From: an uncultured virus (IMG/VR IMGVR_UViG_3300042901_000352)
Lineage: Duplodnaviria > Heunggongvirae > Uroviricota > Caudoviricetes
IMG/VR virus record: IMGVR_UViG_3300042901_000352
Reading direction: 5' to 3' (one strand)
DNA: 64,000 bases
Numbering within the stretch: the first letter of the stretch is position 1; each line of letters begins with the position of its first letter. This document shows positions 9,006 to 18,659 of this stretch, one piece after another. The position numbers were made by a program, and so were the translations under genes. The notes beneath the pieces were generated by a model. The model was not told the origin of the DNA. It saw only the letters and a list, made by a program, of their open reading frames with translations, and ran no database searches.

Positions 9006-10060
9006 TAGTATATCCTTCCTTTAGTGTGACCTTTAGTAGCACATCCATCACCACGAGAGGCAGCTGATCTAACAGAACCGCCTTTAGCAAAGGCTTTCAT
9101 TGGTTTAGCCTTAACTTTACCGCCTTTTTTCATATGTCCTGTTTTTAAATATGATGCTGTAGCGGGGTCTCTATTTGTTTTTACCCAATCTTCATATGCC
9201 GCCATTCTAGCATCTCTACTAGCTTGCGATTCACCTTTAGAAGCTTTTGTTTTAGACGCTCCTGTTTTAGACGCTCCTGTTTTAGTAGGTGTAGTTTTAA
9301 CTACTGGAGCTTTGGGTGTATCTGACTTTTTATCTTCCCAATCTTCATATGCCGCCATTCTAGCATCTCTACTAGCTTGCGATTCACCTTTAGAAGCTTT
9401 TGTTTTAGACGCTCCTGTTTTAGACGCTCCTGTTTTAGTAGGTGTAGTTTTAACTACTGGAGCTTTGGGTGTATCTGACTTTTTATCTTCCCAATCTTCA
9501 GAAGAGTTTTTCATGCCAAAATCTTTAGGTATATTGTAACCTGTTTGTTGTAATCCTGAGTAAGGAGCTGGGCGATCATTCCCTTTAAAATCACTACCTT
9601 CTCCTGCATTTTTAGAATACAGTGCCGCACCTAAACCTAATCCTGCTCTACTTAAACTTGATACTCTACTAGCTTTACTTGCTAAACTTTCTGCAGGGCC
9701 TGATAAAGCCTTTGCTCTATCTATTCCTTGCACATCTTTCATAGTTCTAGCAGAGCTTGGTATTTCCGGTCTTACAGGACCTGGCTGGCTTGTTCCCCTA
9801 GGGACTATATTTTTAGGACCCGCAGTGGGTTTTTGGTTACCTATGTTACGGTCACCTGACGCCATATCTACGCGACTTCTTGGAATAAGGTTTGAACCGC
9901 CGCTTCCACCCGTACTAGTTTTTAAACTCGAATCATTTCTAAATGAAAGAGATCTTCCATAAGATGGCTCATCTCTAAGCGCAGTGGGTAGATTCTTAAG
10001 TTTAGTCTTTTCCCCTACTTTAGTTCCACGTTGGGCGTATCGTTTTGGTTCAGTAGCCAT
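9005..10060 (-). CDS. Basic low-complexity putative internal virion protein
   Basis: MKKGG, FAKGG and C-terminal RGDGCATKGHTKG. Confidence 0.65.
   Translation of the reverse strand: MATEPKRYAQRGTKVGEKTKLKNLPTALRDEPSYGRSLSFRNDSSLKTSTGGSGGSNLIPRSRVDMASGDRNIGNQKPTAGPKNIVPRGTSQPGPVRPEIPSSARTMKDVQGIDRAKALSGPAESLASKASRVSSLSRAGLGLGAALYSKNAGEGSDFKGNDRPAPYSGLQQTGYNIPKDFGMKNSSEDWEDKKSDTPKAPVVKTTPTKTGASKTGASKTKASKGESQASRDARMAAYEDWEDKKSDTPKAPVVKTTPTKTGASKTGASKTKASKGESQASRDARMAAYEDWVKTNRDPATASYLKTGHMKKGGKVKAKPMKAFAKGGSVRSAASRGDGCATKGHTKGRIY
9184..9500. repeat. Perfect 153-bp in-frame tandem duplication
   Basis: CCCAATCTTCA at 9184, 9337 and 9490; identical 51-aa unit twice. Confidence 0.95.
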
Positions 10061-10344
10061 TATATCATCCTACCTTTTGTACGGCCTTTAATAGCACAAC
10101 CATCACCACGAGAAGCTGTACCGCCTGATTTATAGCCTTTTACAGAACCGCCACATTTTTTACCTGTAGGCGTTTCTTCATCAACGTCCCAACCTGATAT
10201 ACCTTTAATAGCTCTATCGCCACTCATACCTTTAAAGTCATCTTCAGCTGTTTTAGCACGTTTTGCTTCTTCTTTAGCTTGTTGAGCTCTATCTCTGGCT
10301 ACTGATTCACCAGCTTCCATGTCGTTGGTCTTTTTAGTAGCCAT
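10060..10344 (-). CDS. Small protein with YKSGG and RGDGCAIKGRTKG motifs
   Basis: ORF track; shares C-terminal motif with neighbours. Confidence 0.7.
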   Translation of the reverse strand: MATKKTNDMEAGESVARDRAQQAKEEAKRAKTAEDDFKGMSGDRAIKGISGWDVDEETPTGKKCGGSVKGYKSGGTASRGDGCAIKGRTKGRMI

Positions 10345-10646
10345 TAGATTATCTTCCCGTGAGTTCTGCCTTTTTTAACAATGCCATCGACACTGCCACC
10401 TTTGTACATACCTCTGCAAGATCCGCCTTTTTTCATAGCTGAAGTTGGAGAACCCGGAACAGCTTTTAAACCCGCAGAACGCATAGCACCTATTTGAGCC
10501 ATGTCTGGAGTTGGAGCACGTTTAGTTACTTTAGCTTTAAGAGTATCTTTTTTCTTTAATGGGGCCATGCCCGCTTTTAACTTAGTCATTTTGTTTCCTC
10601 TAGCCTTTTCTTGTATATCAGAAATACCGCGTGATGGGCGAGTCAT
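10344..10646 (-). CDS. Small basic protein with MKKGG motif
   Basis: ORF track; start may be the downstream MTKLK. Confidence 0.65.
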   Translation of the reverse strand: MTRPSRGISDIQEKARGNKMTKLKAGMAPLKKKDTLKAKVTKRAPTPDMAQIGAMRSAGLKAVPGSPTSAMKKGGSCRGMYKGGSVDGIVKKGRTHGKII

Positions 10647-10663
10647 ATTACCTTCCCGTTAGT

Positions 10664-10930
10664 TTACTTACTACCACAGTTCCACCTCTTTAAAGAAGCT
10701 GCTTTGCGTGTAGGTTTGCCGTTCTCATCTTTCATAGGCCCCGGCATCCCTGACATTCTAGCGCAAAATGATTTCTTGCGTGGACCACCTTGGGGTTGTG
10801 GAGCTTTAAGATTAGAGCCTGTAGCTGCATTGTACTTGGCTCTGCCTTTGGCAGTTAAACCAGCACCTTTAGATACTGGAAGTTTTTCACCTCTACCAAC
10901 AGCTAAATTCGGAGCTTTTTTAGTAGCCAT
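10664..10930 (-). CDS. Conserved basic phage protein (DUF6321-like)
   Basis: GLTAKGRAKYN..NLKAP..RKKSFCARM..SLKRWNC. Confidence 0.7.
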   Translation of the reverse strand: MATKKAPNLAVGRGEKLPVSKGAGLTAKGRAKYNAATGSNLKAPQPQGGPRKKSFCARMSGMPGPMKDENGKPTRKAASLKRWNCGSK

Positions 10931-10931
10931 A

Positions 10932-11189
10932 TTAGCTCCTTGCGAGATCTATTATCCAAGACATACTAGCCCCTATTGCAGCACCTATTCCACCAAAGAT
11001 CATGAACATACGCCATCCACCTTTAGCTTCCGACAAAGTTTTACTGATTTCTTTTATGGCTTCTTTTATCTCATCCATATCTTTAATCATTTTGTCCATG
11101 TCATTCTGTAAGTGTTTTATGTCCGCACTGTGGGTAGCGAGCTCCCGCGCCGTTTGTATCACTGGATCTGAAGCTCTTTGATGTTCCAC
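10932..11189 (-). CDS. Coiled-coil plus single-TM membrane protein (XhlA/holin-like)
   Basis: Heptad region, KGGW, then hydrophobic helix. Confidence 0.55.
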   Translation of the reverse strand: MEHQRASDPVIQTARELATHSADIKHLQNDMDKMIKDMDEIKEAIKEISKTLSEAKGGWRMFMIFGGIGAAIGASMSWIIDLARS

Positions 11190-11207
11190 AAGCTACCTAC
11201 CTATTTC

Positions 11208-11666
11208 TTATGCAGAAGCAGGATCTTGAGCACCACTAGATGTTTTTTGTGCATAAGTAACAGTAACCCATGCAGCGCCAGTTGCAGCTGAACCAGCAGT
11301 AGTAGCTACGATAGCAACATCAGAAGTACCGATATTTACAAATTGAAGCCATTGTTTAGTAGCTGAAGTGTCATCACGCCCAGCAGTTGTGATAGTAGTA
11401 GAAGTAACGAATTTGTTAGCAGTTGTGCCGTCACCAATAACCAGTGTAGTGGCAGAGTTGAATACAGTAGTTGTATCAACTTGAATGTCTAAGATTTGAG
11501 AACCTGCAGGGAGAACTGCAACAGTAGTAGTACCCGCAGCTGCTGGAAGAGCTGCCGCTTGTATTAAAACAACAACACCTGTGTTATCAAGATAACCCGG
11601 AACGGTGCCAGTAGTATCTTTAACAGTACCTGCGCGAATTGGACCAGAGAAAGTTGAAAAAGCCAT
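11208..11666 (-). CDS. Putative capsid decoration/structural protein
   Basis: STFSGPIRAG N-terminus, LPAGSQI; follows major capsid gene. Confidence 0.6.
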   Translation of the reverse strand: MAFSTFSGPIRAGTVKDTTGTVPGYLDNTGVVVLIQAAALPAAAGTTTVAVLPAGSQILDIQVDTTTVFNSATTLVIGDGTTANKFVTSTTITTAGRDDTSATKQWLQFVNIGTSDVAIVATTAGSAATGAAWVTVTYAQKTSSGAQDPASA

Positions 11667-11759
11667 GTTTAATTCCTTATTGCACTTGCGCCTATCGTTG
11701 TGTGCGGATCTGCTGAGTCAGTCGAATAGGCAGTTAAAAATATTCTCAGATATGTACTC

Positions 11760-11789
11760 CTTATAACATTTATTTTGTAGGTGTGTCAA
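11760..11789 (-). promoter_or_regulatory. Sigma70-like promoter
   Basis: Minus strand TTGACA-18 nt-TATAAG with TG extension. Confidence 0.6.
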
Positions 11790-11800
11790 TAGTATATTTT

Positions 11801-11830
11801 AAACAAAAGAAAGGGGCCGAAGCCCCTTCC
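11801..11830 (-). terminator. Intrinsic terminator after major capsid gene
   Basis: Minus strand AAGGGGC-TTCG-GCCCCTT then TCTTTTGTTT. Confidence 0.85.
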
Positions 11831-11856
11831 CCAAACTACTAATCTAACTTAATAAA

Positions 11857-12771
11857 TTAAGCTGAACCAGCCGAACCAAAAACACCCAATGGATCACTAA
11901 AACCGAAAGAATATCTTTCACGGGCCTTGTACCTAGAGTTTCCGGTGTCAAAGTCCGAATCCATTGATGTAGCTAATGGAGTTCTAACGAAATGTTTCAG
12001 GCCGTTTGGAACGTCAGTTAACAAGAACCAAGCATTTGTATCAGTCAACCATGGGTTAACAGTATAGCCGCCGGGAATTGAACCGTTGTTCTTAAGAGCG
12101 TTAACATCATTGTCAGTTGTACCAACACGCAATTCAGTTTCTAACAAACGAGTTGCTACGAATTGTAATGCAGGAGGTAGAACCAATTTTTTAGGTTTAG
12201 CAGCAATCAATAAACCACGTTCGTCAGTCCACAAGGCAATTTGAATAACCGCATTTTCCAATGAAGTTTCGTTCAAATCAGCTGGTGTAGCTGGTACGTT
12301 AGAAATTGTTGAGCCATAAACTAAAGGATGTGCACTGTTACATAAAGATTTGCCGTCACCACCAGTATAGTTGGAGTTGAATGCATTGTTTAGTACAGCA
12401 GCGCCTTTAACTTCTTTGGTGTACGCCATAGCGCGAGCCAATGCTTTTGTATAACGAGCAGACAATGAGTCATACAAGTTATCTTCAATAGCTTCTTCAG
12501 TTAAAGAAAAGCCCAGAGCGATAGTTTCGTGGGTGTAGCGAGTAGACCAAGCTTCTTGCGCATTGTCATACGTAATACCTGAGCCTTCGTTTTTAACCGC
12601 AGCGGCACCAAAGCCAGACAGTTTTTGTTCTTCTTCGAAAGAACGATCAGATGATTCAGTTTCGAAGATTTCTTTATACTTCTCACCATAACGATCATAT
12701 TCTAAACCGAACAGAGCGTTAAGACCGGGAAGTAGTTCTTTTAGTAGTTGCGCGCGTGAAATAGCAGCCAT
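11857..12771 (-). CDS. Major capsid protein (phage A)
   Basis: ISRAQLLKELLPGLNALFGLEY; DFDTGNSRYKARERYSFG; 304 aa. Confidence 0.9.
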   Translation of the reverse strand: MAAISRAQLLKELLPGLNALFGLEYDRYGEKYKEIFETESSDRSFEEEQKLSGFGAAAVKNEGSGITYDNAQEAWSTRYTHETIALGFSLTEEAIEDNLYDSLSARYTKALARAMAYTKEVKGAAVLNNAFNSNYTGGDGKSLCNSAHPLVYGSTISNVPATPADLNETSLENAVIQIALWTDERGLLIAAKPKKLVLPPALQFVATRLLETELRVGTTDNDVNALKNNGSIPGGYTVNPWLTDTNAWFLLTDVPNGLKHFVRTPLATSMDSDFDTGNSRYKARERYSFGFSDPLGVFGSAGSA

Positions 12772-12783
12772 TAGTTAAACTCC

Positions 12784-13506
12784 TTAAATGCCGACAGGGT
12801 TGCGATATGCGTGACCACCAACGACAGTAATAGCCACAGCTGAAACAGCAAATGGAGTAGTACCTGATTGAGTCACAGCCGCAGTCATTGTTGGTGCTGT
12901 ATAAGCTACGAAAGCTTCTACAAACGTACCGTCAGATAATGCAGTTTCTTGAACCATACTAACAATGCGCAAAGGCAGTGTTGCAGTAGTGTTTTTAGAA
13001 GCCAAATCAACTGAAATGGCGCTGTTACCAGTAGCAGTATTAACGCCATCAACAATAGAACCTGAGTTAGTAGGAATGAAGTAACCAATGTTTTGACCAA
13101 CATCAGCTAGAGTAGCAGCACCAGAAGTGTAAGCTGTACCAGCATTAGTCAAATTAACCTTCATTAAAATTTGTGGGTCGTCAGCAACAATAGCAACGGC
13201 ATCAGAAGCAGAAGTTCCAGTAGGCCAGTATTGTGAGAAAACTTTGTATTTTAAAGTTGGGCTAGTGTAAGAGCAACCTAAGAAGATACCGATTGGGTTA
13301 ATAGCCCAAGCAGTTTTAGCTCCAGTAGATGAATCTACACGTGCGATAGTACCATCAGCTAATAGAGACACAGGGTCGCCATAACCAATATTTTTTGCGT
13401 AGCCAGACGCAATCGGTAAATACCGAGTTGCACCAGCGTAAGGCTGAAAGCCTTCTAAGGTATTCGGTAGAAAACCGTAGGGACCGACGTTGCTAGGATA
13501 TGCCAT
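12784..13506 (-). CDS. Putative minor capsid/decoration protein
   Basis: PYGF.P, IGYGDPV, GIFLGCSY, ADDP; upstream of capsid gene. Confidence 0.65.
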   Translation of the reverse strand: MAYPSNVGPYGFLPNTLEGFQPYAGATRYLPIASGYAKNIGYGDPVSLLADGTIARVDSSTGAKTAWAINPIGIFLGCSYTSPTLKYKVFSQYWPTGTSASDAVAIVADDPQILMKVNLTNAGTAYTSGAATLADVGQNIGYFIPTNSGSIVDGVNTATGNSAISVDLASKNTTATLPLRIVSMVQETALSDGTFVEAFVAYTAPTMTAAVTQSGTTPFAVSAVAITVVGGHAYRNPVGI

Positions 13507-13545
13507 AAAAAACTCCTAAATAAGATTCAACACGGCCCTAATTAT

Positions 13546-14007
13546 TTAGGAACCGCGACCAAAAGACACTTTAGATGCTTTTTCAGAGAAAAGGGGCATC
13601 CTTGGATCATTTTCGCGTAGGAAGTTGTTATCAACAGACTCCACAGACGCTCTGGACATATTAGCATAGTATTCCTTACGAGAATTTGAGTTCTCGACAG
13701 TAGTCTTACACAGAACAAGTCCACCAATTTCAATCAAACCTTGGGGCTTTAATCCAAAGGCAGCAAAATCAGACAATAACTCAGGATGGTCTTCCGCTTG
13801 ACAAGGTATCCAACCTTCGCGTTTAGCTTTCGCCATATTCGCGGGATCAGGTACACCCATCATAGAAACTCTCTTCCAGTGGAACACGTAACCGTCCTGT
13901 GGGTCTGGAGCTGGCAAATCATGCGCAGGTTTCCATGATACTGGACGAACTTCTTTATCACGTGTTTCTGTAGAGCGTGGTGCTCTGTCAATTTGTACGT
14001 TAGCCAT
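13546..14007 (-). CDS. Conserved head-module protein
   Basis: WKP, REGW.P, IGGLVLCK motifs. Confidence 0.65.
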   Translation of the reverse strand: MANVQIDRAPRSTETRDKEVRPVSWKPAHDLPAPDPQDGYVFHWKRVSMMGVPDPANMAKAKREGWIPCQAEDHPELLSDFAAFGLKPQGLIEIGGLVLCKTTVENSNSRKEYYANMSRASVESVDNNFLRENDPRMPLFSEKASKVSFGRGS

Positions 14008-14899
14008 TGAGTTGTTGCTCCTTTACTTTATACTTGGCGTAAACCTCTAAAGGTACTCCAAGTCTTTTTGCTATAGCGACTTCAGATGTATTCAAAGTGA
14101 CTTTCTTTGGTGCAGTAGTTCTACCTACCGATGCCACTGGTGAAGATTTCTTCTTGTCGAAGTTCTTTGGGAATACTTCCCGTATGCGGGAGTCTACACG
14201 CTGATAATATTCATCAGAAGTAGGGTCTACACCGGATTTAACCAATTTTTCGTGCAGTCCATAAGCGAAGGCGGTCATCTCTTCATCTTTACCAAACCAT
14301 GGATTCTTTCCAGCCCAGCTCTCGGCTTTATAGTCTCTTGGTGGCGCTTCTGGCACTGATGGTGGGATATATACATCATTACTTTGTGGTTGTAAAGCTT
14401 TTTGTTGTACAGGCGGCACCAAGTTAGCTAACTGCCGTTTTTGATTGGCTAATTCGCTTAACTCTTCCTGTGCTTCAAGTACTCCATCTGTATCACCCGT
14501 TTCAAAAGCTTGACGGTATTTATCCTGCGCAATTTTATGTGCGTATTCTAAACGGCCTTGAGCTTCCTTCGTATACTCCTGATGCCCCCAGTTAAGTGTG
14601 CTTTTTAACTGTTCGTTTTCTGCAAGAATAGCCTGAGCAATACGTATAGCTTCAGCATTTTGTCTTTCTAACGCTTCTTTCTCACGTTTAGCATCGTGGT
14701 ACTTATGGTTTATTTGATTGATGCGCTTTTGAACACCTTTAGAGTATGATTCTAACTCATCATCGTCATCATCACCATCATCAGCTAGTTTAGTTCTGCC
14801 TCTATCTTCTTCAGGTGTGTCGTCTACAATATCTACCTCATAGTCATCACTACCATCAATATCTACATCGATATCTTCATTTTCATATTCTTCAGCCAT
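14000..14899 (-). CDS. Capsid scaffolding protein (phage A)
   Basis: Acidic N-terminus, coiled coil, WAGKNPWFG, IAKRLGVPLEVYAK. Confidence 0.75.
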   Translation of the reverse strand: MAEEYENEDIDVDIDGSDDYEVDIVDDTPEEDRGRTKLADDGDDDDDELESYSKGVQKRINQINHKYHDAKREKEALERQNAEAIRIAQAILAENEQLKSTLNWGHQEYTKEAQGRLEYAHKIAQDKYRQAFETGDTDGVLEAQEELSELANQKRQLANLVPPVQQKALQPQSNDVYIPPSVPEAPPRDYKAESWAGKNPWFGKDEEMTAFAYGLHEKLVKSGVDPTSDEYYQRVDSRIREVFPKNFDKKKSSPVASVGRTTAPKKVTLNTSEVAIAKRLGVPLEVYAKYKVKEQQLNG

Positions 14900-15138
14900 T
14901 AGCTATTACTCCTTTCTTCTTCAAGACTAAATGTATAGTTGTTGCGAACGAGTTGGTCGTCACGAGTAGCTTTACCAGCCCACATGTAGCACTCTTCTAA
15001 AGAAGTAAATGCTAAAGATATGTATCTGGTGTTAGCCAATGTATACAATTTATCTTCTATAGCTGTAAATAGCGATTTAAGTTCTGCTTGATGAGTTTTA
15101 GATTCTTCATCATATGCAATATAATCAAATCTACTCAT
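14899..15138 (-). CDS. Acb2/Tad1-like helical hairpin protein (candidate immune-signal sponge)
   Basis: RYISLAFTSLEECYMWAGKA resembles the R..SLA.TKLEEA.MW hairpin. Confidence 0.6.
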   Translation of the reverse strand: MSRFDYIAYDEESKTHQAELKSLFTAIEDKLYTLANTRYISLAFTSLEECYMWAGKATRDDQLVRNNYTFSLEEERSNS

Positions 15139-15146
15139 TTATCCTC

Positions 15147-15545
15147 CTAGTATGCGCGGCTAATGCCACGTGGGTCAGCTACAGTACCCTCAATCATATC
15201 GTCATTTACCAAGATAAACTCTTCCCCATCAACAGAGAATCGTGACCCACGATATGCTCCAATTAACACGAAATCACCTTCTTGACACCAAGGACCTGTA
15301 GGGAACTTTACTTCATCTTTATAGGCCATAACACCTACTTTAAGCACCATACAAACTACAGCACCAGCCTCTTCTTTCTTTTTAAAAGCGTCTGGCATTT
15401 CAATACCGCTTGCTGTTTTGTCCACTATCTTTGGTTTAATCAATAAAAGCTTATAACCTACCGGATCTGGTAAGCGGTCAGCTAATGACTCTCCCTTTTG
15501 AATAGTGGCATCCGTATCTATATTTCCTATATCTTTGGTACTCAT
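15147..15545 (-). CDS. groES: GroES-like co-chaperonin
   Basis: PVGYKLLL, KTASGI, VLKVG, GDFVL, ILVNDD. Confidence 0.85.
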   Translation of the reverse strand: MSTKDIGNIDTDATIQKGESLADRLPDPVGYKLLLIKPKIVDKTASGIEMPDAFKKKEEAGAVVCMVLKVGVMAYKDEVKFPTGPWCQEGDFVLIGAYRGSRFSVDGEEFILVNDDMIEGTVADPRGISRAY

Positions 15546-15730
15546 TAATTTTCTTCCTCGATTTTTTGCAGGTCTTTTAAACGATTAAGAGCTAAGGACA
15601 GACCCGATAAAGTCCCTACCAATAATTTGTAAGCTGGGAAGTCCTCAACACGCCCTTTTGCAAGGGCGTCCATGTGAGCAACTATCTCATCTTCAAGATC
15701 TCTACGCAGTACATCTAGTACAGTTTTCAT
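15545..15730 (-). CDS. Small conserved head-module protein
   Basis: 61 aa helical; G..EDF..YK.LVG. Confidence 0.6.
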   Translation of the reverse strand: MKTVLDVLRRDLEDEIVAHMDALAKGRVEDFPAYKLLVGTLSGLSLALNRLKDLQKIEEEN

Positions 15731-15758
15731 TCTTTACCCCATCGCTGTCTTTCTTCAA

Positions 15759-16100
15759 TCATTTAGCCTCCTGTGGTGTTGCGTAAAGTGGTATTACTTC
15801 TTCAAGTTCAAAGTCTATATCAGGTAGCACTTGTTGAATTACATATTCTCCCGAAGCTCTATTTATTATTTTCCAAGCTGCTGCCCCAAGCTTTAAGAGT
15901 TCTTTACGTTCTTCACGCATTCTATGTCTTAGGAGACGTTGTATTTCATTATTTAATTGGTCTTTAGCAAAAAATACAGACCTCAACTGCTCAGCATCAG
16001 ATAGCATAAAATAATGGTGTGTATAACCAATAACAGGGTGTTCACCCGCATCATTTTTATATAAAGAAACTAATCTTGTGTTGTCATCTAAGTTGCTCAT
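15759..16100 (-). CDS. Hypothetical protein
   Basis: AWKII..GEY..VIPLYATP resembles 30968-31336. Confidence 0.55.
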   Translation of the reverse strand: MSNLDDNTRLVSLYKNDAGEHPVIGYTHHYFMLSDAEQLRSVFFAKDQLNNEIQRLLRHRMREERKELLKLGAAAWKIINRASGEYVIQQVLPDIDFELEEVIPLYATPQEAK

Positions 16101-16128
16101 TTAGCTTTCTCCAAGTTCTTTTCCATTT

Positions 16129-18633
16129 TTAACCCATAGGTGGTTGTGGAGGTGGTGCAGGTGCTGGCGCTCCTTGTGGTGGTGGTGGTGGTGGTGGTGG
16201 AGGTGCTGCTGGTGCTCCTTGTGGTCCTGCTTGAGGCATAGGTGGAACCTCGGCTTGTCTTTGAGCTTCTATTTGTTGAGTCGCCATATCTAACCCTTTA
16301 AATAACCCTTGAACCTTAGCGTCTTCACCTTGAAGCATTAATTTAGCCTCATTGTTTAGCATCGCTATCTCTTTACTAGCGTCAATCTTCTTAAGCTCGA
16401 TCTCTTTCTTATCATTGAGTTCTTGCTGTTTAAGTTGTAACTCTTTCTGCTGCATCTGTACTACAGGGTCTTGCGCTTGCTGTTGAGCCGTTTGTTGGGC
16501 TTGTTCAGCTTGGTTCGCTTGTAGTAGTTGTTTAGCTGCATCAGCAGATAGTTTTGCCAGTTGTACAGCCATTTCAGGGCTTAACTCTGTATCTTCTGGA
16601 GGTAGTGTAGTACCTAGCTGAGTCTCTATACCTCTACGGTATTGGAAGCCCACATGCTCCATGATATGTGCCATTAACGCCTGTTTTATGACAGAAGCTT
16701 GAGGGTTTTGCCCCATTGCTGCCGCTATCTTAGGGTCAGTTAGCATACTGTTATGCACTGTTAAGTGCGCATCGTGATCTTGTTCTATGAACGCTTTGAC
16801 AGGTTTAGCTTTAAGAATGTCTATATTCTCTGTTACAGGATCAGTTGGCTTTTGATCTTCTTCCACAATAACGATCTTATCCGCATCTTTAATACCCATA
16901 ACTTCAAGCATTTGACGATGTAATACAGGTAAGTTGTATATTTGTGGAGATTGTTGAGCTAACTGGATAGCTGCTTGGTACTGAATGATCCTTTGTGCCA
17001 TAGTACTAGCGTTCGGATCAGAGACTGGAATAATATCAACTTTATCATAGTCTTCTTTCTTAGCAGATGGTTCTGCATCAAACTCTGGCATGTAGTCATA
17101 TGCAGGGGCAGTATAGTCTCTTACCAACGCTGCAATTAACTTAAACTCTTGCTCCATCGAATAGTGAACACGAGCCTGAACAGCTGACATCACCTTTAGG
17201 GTTCTTTCCAATATAGCCAGTGTAGTACCTACTGGCGCCTCGCCATTCATGTTATCCAGCTTAACATCAGCAACTGCTGCTAATCTACGGCCTTCTTCTA
17301 CTACGTTCTGTAATAGTGTGAACAGTGTTTGGCTTGGCTCTTTATATGGGAGCGGTAAGATGTTGTCTTTAATATTAGAAGATGGTACATCAACGTCTCG
17401 CCATTCACCCGGCATGATCGGAGTGTCATCACCTTTAATCCTAAGACCCCTAGACTTTAAACCACCGGGTAGGTTACTTAGTGTACCTGCATCAATTAAC
17501 TGTCTGACAATAGAAGTTGCAGATTTAGCAAAGCCACCAATAAGATGAATAAGCCCGTAGCCATAAGCACCGAAACCGGGGATATAAGTATACTGTACAA
17601 AGTGTTGCTTAGCTTGTTTAAGAGGGTCATGTTCATCCCAGTTACGTCTAATGGATAAAATCTCTTGTGTACCTTGTTCAATGGTCACAACATATGGCAG
17701 GGCTATGCCTGTCTCTTCACCTGAGTCGTCATCAACATCTTCAAACCCAACAAGATCTAACTCAACCTGCATCTCTAGGAGTCTGTAGCGGTTGTCATAT
17801 GTGGCTTTATACCCATCAGCTTCGTCTTTGCGCTTCTGAATATCGTCAAGGTCTTTTGTTGGTTCACCAAGGTCTATATCACGATAAAACTCAGCATATT
17901 GTAGCTTCTTAACATCGTTCTTGGTCTTACGCATGACATGAGTAAGTCTTTCTGCAGTACGCGCATCAGATGCTCCATAGGGTATATAAAGGTCTTCTGC
18001 AGGTACAAACATGCTTACCTGACGGTTTAGTGAGGGGTCAAAATATACTTTCTTAAACGCGGCTCCTGCCAATGCTAAGGACCACAACATCTTTTCGTGT
18101 TCAGGTCTAAACTCAGTCATTTTTTCCGTAAGCTGGTAGTTCATGTCTTCTACAACACGTTCTGCAGACTTCTGGGTATCAGGGTCATCTTTGCCGATTA
18201 TGCGGGCTTTTACAGGTCCCTGAGCAGGAAATGTTTCAGAAATCATCTCAGACTGAAAGCGGATAGCCGCTTCTGTTAGCATGGGGTGGTATACACCACA
18301 AGCACCTTGCCAAGGTTCTGAACGCTCTTCAATTTTTAAACCTAACAAATCTAACCCATCTACATAGGTAGACTCCCACTCTTTACGAGCGTTCTTGTCA
18401 TTGTTAAAGTCATCCATCAAATCAGCTACTAACGAGGCCATATCCGCCTCATCCATGTACTCCGCTAGGTTCGCATCAAACCCCGGCTCTTGTTCCATCT
18501 CTACATCAACCTCAGTCTCAATAGGGTCCATCGGATCCCCTATATCAACCTCAATCGGTGCTTCATCATCTTCTGTTAAAAAGGGACTCTGCGGTTGCAT
18601 TGCCTTAAATATGTTGTTTGGGACTTCAGCCAT
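16129..18633 (-). CDS. Portal protein (phage A)
   Basis: 834 aa after TerL; PWQGAC, FPAQGPVK, RQLIDAGTLSNLPGG; Gln/Pro-rich tail. Confidence 0.9.
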   Translation of the reverse strand: MAEVPNNIFKAMQPQSPFLTEDDEAPIEVDIGDPMDPIETEVDVEMEQEPGFDANLAEYMDEADMASLVADLMDDFNNDKNARKEWESTYVDGLDLLGLKIEERSEPWQGACGVYHPMLTEAAIRFQSEMISETFPAQGPVKARIIGKDDPDTQKSAERVVEDMNYQLTEKMTEFRPEHEKMLWSLALAGAAFKKVYFDPSLNRQVSMFVPAEDLYIPYGASDARTAERLTHVMRKTKNDVKKLQYAEFYRDIDLGEPTKDLDDIQKRKDEADGYKATYDNRYRLLEMQVELDLVGFEDVDDDSGEETGIALPYVVTIEQGTQEILSIRRNWDEHDPLKQAKQHFVQYTYIPGFGAYGYGLIHLIGGFAKSATSIVRQLIDAGTLSNLPGGLKSRGLRIKGDDTPIMPGEWRDVDVPSSNIKDNILPLPYKEPSQTLFTLLQNVVEEGRRLAAVADVKLDNMNGEAPVGTTLAILERTLKVMSAVQARVHYSMEQEFKLIAALVRDYTAPAYDYMPEFDAEPSAKKEDYDKVDIIPVSDPNASTMAQRIIQYQAAIQLAQQSPQIYNLPVLHRQMLEVMGIKDADKIVIVEEDQKPTDPVTENIDILKAKPVKAFIEQDHDAHLTVHNSMLTDPKIAAAMGQNPQASVIKQALMAHIMEHVGFQYRRGIETQLGTTLPPEDTELSPEMAVQLAKLSADAAKQLLQANQAEQAQQTAQQQAQDPVVQMQQKELQLKQQELNDKKEIELKKIDASKEIAMLNNEAKLMLQGEDAKVQGLFKGLDMATQQIEAQRQAEVPPMPQAGPQGAPAAPPPPPPPPPQGAPAPAPPPQPPMG

Positions 18634-18659
18634 CTGTAGATCCTTAAGTTGTTTGTTCG

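Noticed and set aside
16141..16235. (GGT)n microsatellite as a phase-variation tract
   Set aside because: In-frame poly-proline tail of the portal protein
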